Assembly: GCA_015486215.1 (NCBI GenBank)
Contig: WFSA01000009.1
Location: 1 to 13,947, forward strand
DNA length: 13,947 nt
Direction: 5' to 3'
DNA from: Anaerolineae bacterium
GTDB taxonomy: Bacteria > Chloroflexota > Anaerolineae > Promineifilales > Promineifilaceae
Below are positions 1 to 6,767 of the stretch, piece after piece. The notes under the pieces were generated by a model. That model searched no databases and was not told the origin of the DNA. It was given only the letters and a program-made list of their open reading frames with translations. Position 1 is the stretch's first letter, and each line of letters opens with the position of its first letter. A program made the translations under genes and the position numbers.

Positions 1-1
1 G

Positions 2-1339
2 ATCGTCGATGAGTACAGGATGGAATTGCCCGCCGACGGCGGCTACCAGATCGAAATCGGCCTCTATTTGGCGGAAACAGGGCAGCGGCTGCAAGTTATG
101 CAGGGCGGACAGGCGACGGATCTGATTTTGATTGAGAAAACTATGGTGGAAACGGCCGTTGCCACAACAACAAGCACCCCTTCCACGCATACGCTCTCCC
201 TGCCACTCATCTTGAATATGCCGACGGTCACGCCATCTCCCACCCCGTTACCGACCGTCACCCCGCTGCCGACCGCCACTCCCAAGCCCGCCTTTCCCGT
301 TTATGAGGGTGCGCCGCTCGATTACGGGCAGATGGGGATACAGATGCACATTCAGCAGACATCGCTGCCTCCTCTTTTTGATCATATCCGCCGCTTGGGC
401 GTTGGATGGGTGAAGACGCAAGTGTCATGGAAATTGTATCAGCCGTATGCCGATCAATACGCAGAGGAACGATTTGCCGAATTGGATGAATTTGTCCGTC
501 TGGCAGAGGAAGCGGGCGTAAACGTGATGCTGGGGGTCTCGAAAGCTCCTGAATGGAGCCGCCCGACAACAGAAATGGATGGTGCGCCGACGGATTACGC
601 GCTATTTAGCGACTTTATGGGGGTGTTGGCGACGCGCTATCAAGGGCGGGTGGCGGCGTATGAGCTATGGAATGAGGCGAATTTGCAACGGGAATGGAAT
701 GGTGCGCCGTTGGGCGGAGATGAAGCGGCACGATTGATGCGGGCGGGGGCGACGGCCGTTCGCCAGGCGGATCCATCGGCACTGCTTATCAGTGGTGCAC
801 CGGCGGTGACGGGGATCAATGATGGGGTGACGGCCGTTGACGACCGCGTGTTCATGCGCCAGCTATTAAACGCAGGCACAGCCACTTTTGTAGACGGAAT
901 CGGCGTGCATCCTTACGGCTGGGCAAACCCACCTGATACAGAAGTCGGCACGCCCTCGCCCGCCACCAGCCATAATAATCATCCCAGCTTTTTCTTCCGC
1001 CAAACGCTGGATGAGTACGCCGCTCTGCTGAATGAATTCGACACGCCGCGCCCGCTCTGGCCGACAGAGTTCGGCTGGGCGACGTTTGACGGTTTAAACG
1101 CGGAGCCGCCCGCAGGGGTGGAGTATATGAATCAGGTGGACGAGTGGCAGCAGGCGGTTTATACGATGCGGGCGTTTGAGATGGGGCAGGAACGGCCGTT
1201 CGTCGCGCCGATGATCTTATGGAATTTGAATTTTGGCGCATATTTAGGGACGGAGTATGCTGAAGCGGGATATGGATTGCTGCGCGGAAATGGATCGGAG
1301 CGGCCAGTTTATTTGACGATTGAAGATAGCAAACCGTAA
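2..1339 (+). CDS. Clan GH-A (GH5-like) glycoside hydrolase, 5'-truncated by the window edge. An upstream domain is followed by a Pro/Thr-rich linker (aa ~45-90) and then a TIM-barrel catalytic domain.
   Basis: The ORF is open from position 2 with no in-frame stop, so the gene continues upstream of the window. It contains LWNEANL, an NE(P)-type acid/base motif, and PTEFGWA, a TE.G nucleophile motif; both are typical of GH5/clan GH-A. PTVTPSPTPLPTVTPLPTATPKP is a typical inter-domain PT linker. The stop codon is at 1337-1339. Confidence 0.7.
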   Translation: MVDEYRMELPADGGYQIEIGLYLAETGQRLQVMQGGQATDLILIEKTMVETAVATTTSTPSTHTLSLPLILNMPTVTPSPTPLPTVTPLPTATPKPAFPVYEGAPLDYGQMGIQMHIQQTSLPPLFDHIRRLGVGWVKTQVSWKLYQPYADQYAEERFAELDEFVRLAEEAGVNVMLGVSKAPEWSRPTTEMDGAPTDYALFSDFMGVLATRYQGRVAAYELWNEANLQREWNGAPLGGDEAARLMRAGATAVRQADPSALLISGAPAVTGINDGVTAVDDRVFMRQLLNAGTATFVDGIGVHPYGWANPPDTEVGTPSPATSHNNHPSFFFRQTLDEYAALLNEFDTPRPLWPTEFGWATFDGLNAEPPAGVEYMNQVDEWQQAVYTMRAFEMGQERPFVAPMILWNLNFGAYLGTEYAEAGYGLLRGNGSERPVYLTIEDSKP

Positions 1340-1647
1340 GGCGGCTCTTGGTGATAAATCTGTCGCGGTGTCGGTAACACCCCTTACAGACAAGTTGATA
1401 GAACTGTGGGAGTCTTGATGATGGGAATGATAGCATGGTTCAAATTAGGGTGAATCATCTTTGCCTTTATTGCGCGATTGGGCGACCATAAAGGAATAAA
1501 TTATAGGGGCGCGGCCTTATGCCCGCCCCCAAAGTATAAAGATCATCTTGCGTAAAATGAGCCATGTCGAATTTAGTATGGAAGCATAACGCGGATGGCT
1601 TCGCACGCGGATTTAGCGGATAAACGCGGATTTCCTGCTTTGATCCA

Positions 1648-1864
1648 CACTTTATTTTACACGAGTATCATGTAACTTCTCAATATTTCGGGATGACTAC
1701 AACGGATGAAAGAAATAAACGGATAGAGCAGTCGAGAAAACATCCGTTCATTTTCATGATCCGCTGTAGTCATACTAAAAACAAAATAATGTCCCCGCTT
1801 TTTTGAGAAGATACAGTATCATTAGGAAAATTTGTCAAGTCTCCCCAGAATACTAAGGGAAGGT
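1648..1864 (+). mobile_element. Composite MITE-like locus (copy A). A 5'-truncated type-1 element is interrupted by a nested 143-bp type-2 element. It consists of type-1 spacer/right half 1648..1671 + 1815..1864, with the type-2 element at 1672..1814.
   Basis: 1648-1671 (CACTTTATTTTACACGAGTATCAT) and 1815-1858 (AGTATCATTAGGAAAATTTGTCAAGTCTCCCCAGAATACTAAGG) together reconstitute the spacer and right half of the 112-bp element seen intact at 3871..3982 and 8468..8579. The intervening 1672..1814 has its own TIRs, GTAACTTCTCAATA ... TTTTTTGAGAAGATAC. It is flanked by a direct duplication AGTATCAT at 1664-1671 and 1815-1822. Confidence 0.65.
1672..1814 (+). mobile_element. Type-2 MITE-like element (143 bp) nested inside copy A, with an 8-bp target-site duplication AGTATCAT.
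   Basis: The TIR GTAaCTTCTCAATA at 1672-1685 matches the reverse complement of TATTGAGAAGATAC-like end ...TTTTTTGAGAAGATAC at 1799-1814. This is the same TIR as the type-1 element. The flanking 8-bp direct repeats sit at 1664-1671 and 1815-1822. A homologous segment (TAATACTTCGGGGTGAGTACAAC...CCCCAGTTTTTTGAGAAGATAC) occurs at 13594..13709. Confidence 0.6.
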
Positions 1865-1886
1865 TCGTTTTTAACTTTGGACTTTC

Positions 1887-1919
1887 AGGTGACAGGCACT
1901 TGGCAAGTGCCTGTCACCT
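1887..1919. repeat. Perfect 33-bp palindrome (15-bp arms, 3-nt centre GGC): AGGTGACAGGCACTT-GGC-AAGTGCCTGTCACCT. This is copy 1 of 2.
   Basis: Arms 1887-1901 and 1905-1919 are exact reverse complements. The second copy at 4027..4059 is identical except that the centre is GCG. Both are preceded by TTTC and followed by TTG, and both lie between a MITE copy and the start of a + strand gene. Confidence 0.8.
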
Positions 1920-1927
1920 TGGCCACA

Positions 1928-1957
1928 GTTATTTACGAGTTTTCCCTAAGAAGATAC
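1928..1957 (+). mobile_element. Internally deleted relic of the type-1 MITE, keeping a spacer fragment plus a solo right TIR.
   Basis: TATTTACGAGT ... TAAGAAGATAC resembles TATTTTACACGAGTA ... TGAGAAGATAC of the intact element. This is weak, eye-read similarity. Confidence 0.3.
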
Positions 1958-1967
1958 GATTCGATAT

Positions 1968-2300
1968 ATGAGCAAAGATAACGATACGCACCAGCATGAT
2001 GCAGAAAAAATAACACCCTTCCTCGCCCCTGAAAATATGGAGTATGTGATTTGCCCTGAATGTTACGGCAAAATGGCGAAGGATGCGCTCGTCTGCCCTC
2101 ATTGCGGCGGCACTCTCTCTGATGGCGTTCCTCATGATGATGCGCCAAAAAACAAGATGATCCATTATGTATGGATGGCTTTGATCGGCTTGGGGGCAAT
2201 TGTCATTATCGCGGGGCTTCTTATCGGTTTTGCTGGGCCGAGCATGATTATCGGCGGAATTTTGTTGTTAGCGGCATCGCTCACGAAACGGTTCGCTTGA
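1968..2300 (+). CDS. Small membrane protein (110 aa) with an N-terminal zinc ribbon (CPECYG...CPHCGG) and two C-terminal transmembrane helices.
   Basis: The ORF has two CxxC pairs 17 residues apart, followed by the hydrophobic stretches MIHYVWMALIGLGAIVIIAGLLIGF and MIIGGILLLAASL. It lies downstream of the MITE plus palindrome leader. I see no obvious SD, so the start assignment is tentative. Confidence 0.55.
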   Translation: MSKDNDTHQHDAEKITPFLAPENMEYVICPECYGKMAKDALVCPHCGGTLSDGVPHDDAPKNKMIHYVWMALIGLGAIVIIAGLLIGFAGPSMIIGGILLLAASLTKRFA

Positions 2301-2331
2301 TAAAAGCAAGTATTGCTCGCTATGCGTGCAT

Positions 2332-2391
2332 AAAAAACGGCCGTTTTTACTTCTCAGCCAAGATAGCATTGGGCGACCCAGCGGGTCGCCC
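2332..2391. terminator. Two palindromes in the gap between the convergent genes 1968..2300(+) and 2415..3851(-). They are AAAAAACGGCCGTTTTT (2332-2348) and a GC-rich hairpin GGGCGACCC-AGC-GGGTCGCCC (2371-2391). Together they are a candidate bidirectional terminator.
   Basis: The 9-bp GC stem with a 3-nt loop lies 20 nt past the minus-strand gene stop. The A6-CGGCCG-T5 palindrome gives a U-tail on either strand. Neither is a textbook stem plus U-tract on its own. Confidence 0.35.
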
Positions 2392-2414
2392 CTACGGGGG
2401 GGGAATATGTCCAT

Positions 2415-3851
2415 TTATTTAACGATAATGGGCAGATAGACCTCTCTTGCTTCTATGAAAAAGTGAGCCGGGCGGCTCCACGCGCCGGAGATCGTGTCAG
2501 ATTTGGCACGAATCCACCACGCGTACTCCCCTTTTGGCAGAGCGGTGGAGACGGTGTAGGAGCAGTTCTGGGTTGCGTTTTCGCAATGGGCGGCAACGGC
2601 CGTTACTTCACTTTGCCCGTAATCGTGTCCCCAATTGTACGTGCCATCGGAATTGACGGCGTATAGTTGGAATTCGTATTGAACGGCCGTTGTGATCGCC
2701 TCCCATGTCACGGCAAACGAGTCGCCATCCTGGGAAATATGCTTGCTGGGCGTAATCAACACCGAAGCGGGAAGCTCATTATCGTAATCGTCACAATGAT
2801 CTTTACGAGGATTGCCGCCTATATCGCAAGGGTAATCGGATGATTGGCCGGGGATAGGGCGAGGGTCATCAGTGGAAATGAGATCGTTTAATGCTCCCAT
2901 CTCGATCTGCTGGTCGCTGCCATCGCCTAAAGCGATGAGTCTGCCGCTTTCGCTGCCGTTAAATGTGTAATCAGCCAACGCATCAATCAAACGGAAAACG
3001 CCGTAATCATCCATAGCATCGAATGTACCATACCCGCCGTTACCAGTGGCAATCACTCTATGATCGGCGGCGTAATCATACCCGTTCGCGCTGCTGGGGC
3101 GCAGGATGACATACTCTTTTGCGGTATCGGCGATCGTGCCTACGCTCTCAAATTGGTCAATATAGGTGCGATAGTCGGTGCCACAATCATTTTCATAGGT
3201 TTGTACGATCATTTTGACATCGGATGGGTAATCGGCCAGCATCACATCGGTGCTGTCAAAATCGATCCATGGAGCCGAAAAGAAGAGGAACGCATTTTCG
3301 CCGTCTGTGCCGCCAAATCCATACTCCCGTATCATCGTATAGCTGACTGAGGTGAGCAGCCCGCCGCCAGAGGAGTGTCCGATCAGGCCGAATTTATTTT
3401 TATCAATGCGTGTTGGATAGAGGTCGGCCGTCCGCGTGAACACATTGGCAAGCTGCGAGCCAATGGTGGCGGTATTTGTGGTGTATTCGTCACAAACGGC
3501 CGTGTACCCCTTGCTGACAAGAAAGTAGAGAAGCTCATCATAAGAAGCACAAGGCATGTTCCAGCCGACAGCAAAGAATAGTACCGGCGCAGGTGACATT
3601 TGGTCACTGGGATAGTAGATGGTGACAGTATTGCTATCACCATCAACATCCATCGAGAAGGTGCTGGTCATGGTATCATGGCTGCCCCAACTGCCATACC
3701 CTGCGGCAATCGGCGCGATTGGCCCCTGATGGGGCTGCCTCAACGATATTAAGGCGAAGGTAAGTAATGTTGTCCCCATAATGAGGGGGAGGATGAGGAT
3801 AAAAATAAGTTTGGGGAAAGATTTGGAAAAAGACATTGTTATAATTTTCAT
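2415..3851 (-). CDS. Secreted or membrane-anchored alpha/beta-hydrolase. It is a GxSxG serine esterase/lipase resembling the PETase, chlorophyllase and dienelactone-hydrolase families, with a C-terminal FN3-like beta-sandwich domain.
   Basis: The N-terminal hydrophobic signal/anchor is KLIFILILPLIMGTTLLTFALISL. The nucleophile elbow is GLIGHSSGGG. The C-terminal ~100 aa (FAVTWEAITTAVQYEFQLYAVNSDGTYNWG...YTVSTALPKGEYAWWIRAKSD) resembles a fibronectin-III-type domain. The 478-aa ORF has no competing frame. Confidence 0.75.
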   Translation of the reverse strand: MKIITMSFSKSFPKLIFILILPLIMGTTLLTFALISLRQPHQGPIAPIAAGYGSWGSHDTMTSTFSMDVDGDSNTVTIYYPSDQMSPAPVLFFAVGWNMPCASYDELLYFLVSKGYTAVCDEYTTNTATIGSQLANVFTRTADLYPTRIDKNKFGLIGHSSGGGLLTSVSYTMIREYGFGGTDGENAFLFFSAPWIDFDSTDVMLADYPSDVKMIVQTYENDCGTDYRTYIDQFESVGTIADTAKEYVILRPSSANGYDYAADHRVIATGNGGYGTFDAMDDYGVFRLIDALADYTFNGSESGRLIALGDGSDQQIEMGALNDLISTDDPRPIPGQSSDYPCDIGGNPRKDHCDDYDNELPASVLITPSKHISQDGDSFAVTWEAITTAVQYEFQLYAVNSDGTYNWGHDYGQSEVTAVAAHCENATQNCSYTVSTALPKGEYAWWIRAKSDTISGAWSRPAHFFIEAREVYLPIIVK

Positions 3852-3870
3852 AGGATATTTAGTATCTTCT

Positions 3871-3982
3871 GTATCTTCTCAATAAATCGTGGACAAGACT
3901 TGACAAATTTCATCAGCACTTTATTTTACATGAGTACCATTAAGAAAATTTGTCAAGTCTCCCCCGAATACTGAGAAGATAC
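3871..3982 (+). mobile_element. Intact 112-bp type-1 MITE-like element (copy B) in the divergent promoter region between the hydrolase gene (-) and the sensor kinase gene (+).
   Basis: The TIR GTATCTTCTCAATA at 3871-3884 pairs with TATTCGG...TACTGAGAAGATAC ending at 3982. The internal 14-bp inverted repeat is GACTTGACAAATTT (3897-3910) and AAATTTGTCAAGTC (3946-3959), separated by a 35-bp spacer. A tandem partial duplicate GTATCTTCT sits immediately 5' at 3862-3870. It is the same element as 8468..8579 and 13503..13596. Confidence 0.75.
3900..3927 (+). promoter_or_regulatory. Sigma70-like promoter module inside MITE copy B. It is TTGACA-N16-TATTTT and reads toward the sensor kinase gene.
   Basis: A perfect -35 TTGACA at 3900-3905 is followed by a 16-nt spacer and TATTTT at 3922-3927, which keeps the conserved T1, A2 and T6 positions. 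The same module is present in copies C and D. In every copy it points at the adjacent gene. Confidence 0.35.
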
Positions 3983-4026
3983 CCTAATTTCGATAAAATA
4001 GATCAAATAAAGCTACAGGGGTTTTC

Positions 4027-4059
4027 AGGTGACAGGCACTTGCGAAGTGCCTGTCACCT
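4027..4059. repeat. Perfect 33-bp palindrome, copy 2 (centre GCG): AGGTGACAGGCACTT-GCG-AAGTGCCTGTCACCT.
   Basis: Arms 4027-4041 and 4045-4059 are exact reverse complements. Apart from the 3-nt centre it is identical to 1887..1919. It lies 45 bp downstream of MITE copy B and ~57 bp upstream of the kinase start codon. Confidence 0.8.
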
Positions 4060-4080
4060 TGAATTATTCGTATACCCCCC

Positions 4081-4116
4081 TCTACAAACGGCCGTCTTCA
4101 TGCTACAATGCTCCCA
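4081..4116 (+). promoter_or_regulatory. Candidate extended -10 promoter (TGcTACAAT at 4101-4109). Its predicted transcription start falls on the A of the kinase ATG, giving a leaderless mRNA.
   Basis: TG-n-TACAAT ends 7 nt before ATG 4116. The -35 region 4081-4086 (TCTACA) is weak. There is no SD before 4116. This is inference only. Confidence 0.25.
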
Positions 4117-6767
4117 TGATGCCCGCCCCCTATTTGAGCTATATTGATTTCAACCCCTACACATTCAACGCTGTCTCCCTATTTATCATCGGCTCACTCA
4201 GCGTTATCTATCTGCTGCGCCTCCAAAAGAAAACCGCCGCCTCGTGGTTCCTCATCACCAGCTTAGCCAGCTTCACGGCGGGCGTGATAGTCATGTTCTT
4301 CAGCGCCATCATCCTTTGGGGCGGTGTTTTGGATCTGTTCACGGACACCTTTGCCACCATCAGCATGGCCGCTCTGATCGGCTTTAACTACCATTATCCA
4401 CAACAAGTTACCTCCCGCGAGGCTGGTTTCGCACGTTTTTTTGCCGTCAGCATTAGCTTAACGGCCGTTATCATCAGCAGTTGGTATACGTGGCAAATTT
4501 ACAGAGTACATGCGTTTACAACGGCCGTTTCCCCCCTATTTTGGTTCCTGAATCCACTCATGTTTCTGGCCGCCCTGCTCGTCTCCATCCGCCGCGTCAT
4601 CATTATCGAACAACAAAAAACGGCAGCGGCAGGCTGGCATCATGCGTGGCTCGCCTTCTATCGGCCATCCCATCGTCAGGCGCGTTTATTGCGTAATTTC
4701 TCGTTAGCCTTATCGTTGGGATTGATACAAGGCATCGCCACTGGATTGAGCAGGACTGGACATATCTCGTCCCTGACGGCCGTTTACGCCATCAATCTCT
4801 CCCTGCTGCTGATGGTGGTTACCATCGTCTACGCCTCCTTTGAACTGACACAACAGCAGCCCGGTCTGATCATCCGTTTATTAGGACTTTCCCTGACGAC
4901 CTTATTACTGATTTTGGGCATTTTGGGCATATTTATGGTCAGTACCGCCATTGATTGGGTAAACATGCAAAACATCGCCTACACGAAAGTTGTGCAAAAA
5001 GTGGTTCGCGCTGACGAAACGGCCGCCTTGCCCGATGAAGTCGCCTACGTCGTCGCGTGGCCTAACGCGAAGACGGCGCAGTTGCTTTATGACAAACAGG
5101 GCACAATGGATATGCCATCCCTGATCGCCGAACAACAGCAAATAACGGCGAGAACGCTACCGCCCGCCGTCTGGATATCATTCATCCAGCCGCTCCTCCA
5201 CGCAGAAAACAGCACAACGGCCGTAAAATTCCGTTACGGATCAAACCCGCCCGGCTCTTGGCACCAATACGCCGCCTACACCTTTCGCCACGCTGGGATG
5301 GAGTACGAAGTCGGCTTCAAGTTGGCTGAGATGCGCCGCTTCCCCCGCGCCGTCAGCGTGGTTATGATTTGGGCGGTGATGTGCAGCACTCTCTTCATTC
5401 TCATCATTTTTCCGCTTTTTTTTAACGCTGATTTGATACGGCCATTAAACCGTTTGCTCGCTGGCGTGCAACAGGCGGATGACGGCGATCTAAACATCGC
5501 CATCCCTGTGGTACATGAAGATGAAGTCGGCTTTTTAACGGCCGCTTTCAACAAAATGGCCGCCTCATTACAAGATGAACTGACACAGCGACAACGCGCC
5601 CAAACAGAGTTACGCCATCTTGCCGATTCATTGGAGCGGCGCGTTGCCGCCCGTACCTACGAGTTGAGCGCATTATATGATGTTACCAAAGCGGCCAGCC
5701 AAGCACAAGATTTTCCCGCCTTGCTAACCGCCTCCCTCAACAGTGCCATCCGCGCCCTCAGCAGCGACGCTGGGTTTATTATTCTGACAGATGAAGAAGG
5801 GGTATCGCCGCACGCCACCTACCATCTAGCCACCCATCAAGGGATCGGCGATTGGCTGCCCCTTATTCAAAAAACGATTACCAACGGCGACTTTCTAGAA
5901 ATCATCAACCAACAAGACAAAGAACCCGTCCTCATCGCCAATACGTCCGCAGACCTACGTGCCCCGCATTTCATGCAGCTTATGCCGACGACGCTCCTCA
6001 TCGCGCCGTTATCGGCTGGAGAGCAGTTGTCGGGAGTGCTGATCGTCTACCGTGCTTTAGGACAAAGTTATAGCTTAAATGAGATTGCGCTGCTCATCTC
6101 AATCTCTGGACAACTGTCCATCGCCGCGCAAACAGACCGTCTGCGCCAACGCACCATCGTTTTGGAAGAGCGGCAGCGGCTCGCCCGCGACCTGCATGAT
6201 TCTGTCATCCAATCGCTTTATGGGCTGGCAACATTGACTGAAGTGGGAAAAATGCACGCCGCCGACGGAAATCTGGAGCCGATTGTGCCTATGTTCGCCA
6301 AAATCAGTAAGGCAGCACGGCAAGCGATTCGGGAAATGCGGCTGTTTATCCATCAATTGCGCCCGATGATTTTGGAACAGGAAGGGTTAGCCGACGCGCT
6401 GGAACTGCGGCTAACGGCCGTCGAAGGGCGTTCAGATGTGCAAGTGCGCCTGCAAGCCGATCCCGACCTGCGCCTGCCGCTGCCACTGGAAACCGCGCTC
6501 TATCAAATCGCGCAGGAAGCCCTCAACAACATTTTGCGTCACGCCCACGCGGAAACGATCATTATCACGCTGCACGGGCAAAACGGCCGTTTCATCCTAG
6601 AAATCCAAGACGACGGGCGCGGATTCGACCCGAATAAGGTTGACAACGGCCGTTTAGGGTTGAACAATATGCGGGCACGGGCGAAAGAGATTGGAGCTGA
6701 GTTTGCCATCACCTCCGCGCTCGGCATCGGAACCAAGATAAATATTGTGGTACATTATGACCCATAA
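4116..6767 (+). CDS. Sensor histidine kinase of the NarL-partner (HisKA_3) class. The N-terminal region has ~10 transmembrane helices and a ~130-aa extracytoplasmic loop, followed by HAMP, coiled-coil, GAF, HisKA_3 and HATPase_c domains.
   Basis: The H-box is ERQRLARDLHDSVIQSLYGL (HisKA_3 type). HAMP-like RPLNRLLAGVQQADDGDLNIAIP...GFLTAAFNKMAASLQDEL is present. A GAF-like segment (ALYDVTKAAS...GVLIVYRALGQ) follows. The ATPase has the N box QIAQEALNNILRHA and the G boxes DDGRGFD and GLGLNNMRARA. I prefer ATG 4116/4119 over the listed 4029, which lies inside the 33-bp palindrome. The stop codon at 6765-6767 overlaps the downstream regulator start. Confidence 0.85.
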   Translation: MMPAPYLSYIDFNPYTFNAVSLFIIGSLSVIYLLRLQKKTAASWFLITSLASFTAGVIVMFFSAIILWGGVLDLFTDTFATISMAALIGFNYHYPQQVTSREAGFARFFAVSISLTAVIISSWYTWQIYRVHAFTTAVSPLFWFLNPLMFLAALLVSIRRVIIIEQQKTAAAGWHHAWLAFYRPSHRQARLLRNFSLALSLGLIQGIATGLSRTGHISSLTAVYAINLSLLLMVVTIVYASFELTQQQPGLIIRLLGLSLTTLLLILGILGIFMVSTAIDWVNMQNIAYTKVVQKVVRADETAALPDEVAYVVAWPNAKTAQLLYDKQGTMDMPSLIAEQQQITARTLPPAVWISFIQPLLHAENSTTAVKFRYGSNPPGSWHQYAAYTFRHAGMEYEVGFKLAEMRRFPRAVSVVMIWAVMCSTLFILIIFPLFFNADLIRPLNRLLAGVQQADDGDLNIAIPVVHEDEVGFLTAAFNKMAASLQDELTQRQRAQTELRHLADSLERRVAARTYELSALYDVTKAASQAQDFPALLTASLNSAIRALSSDAGFIILTDEEGVSPHATYHLATHQGIGDWLPLIQKTITNGDFLEIINQQDKEPVLIANTSADLRAPHFMQLMPTTLLIAPLSAGEQLSGVLIVYRALGQSYSLNEIALLISISGQLSIAAQTDRLRQRTIVLEERQRLARDLHDSVIQSLYGLATLTEVGKMHAADGNLEPIVPMFAKISKAARQAIREMRLFIHQLRPMILEQEGLADALELRLTAVEGRSDVQVRLQADPDLRLPLPLETALYQIAQEALNNILRHAHAETIIITLHGQNGRFILEIQDDGRGFDPNKVDNGRLGLNNMRARAKEIGAEFAITSALGIGTKINIVVHYDP

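Noticed and set aside
852-1436. 194-aa ORF antisense to the glycoside hydrolase gene. The same applies to 64..285, 258..569 and 640..885 on the minus strand.
   Set aside because: These lie entirely inside a longer well-supported coding frame on the opposite strand. They are Arg/Ser/Pro-rich, which is typical of antisense translation of GC-rich codons, and have no start signals.
2171-2422. 83-aa + strand ORF overlapping the end of the zinc-ribbon gene and the convergent terminator region.
   Set aside because: It is in an alternative frame of a better gene and then runs through the palindromes and the poly-G tract. This is not a plausible coding region.
4029-4115. Listed N-terminal extension of the sensor kinase (MTGTCEVPVTLNYS...).
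   Set aside because: It begins inside the perfect 33-bp palindrome and precedes an extended -10 element. The hydrophobic kinase body starts after ATG 4116.
6745-6756. Alternative regulator start at ATG 6745 (MWYIMTHK...).
   Set aside because: ATG 6757 gives the ATGAcccaTAA start/stop overlap typical of coupled two-component operons. Either start is possible, and the 12-nt difference does not affect the annotation.
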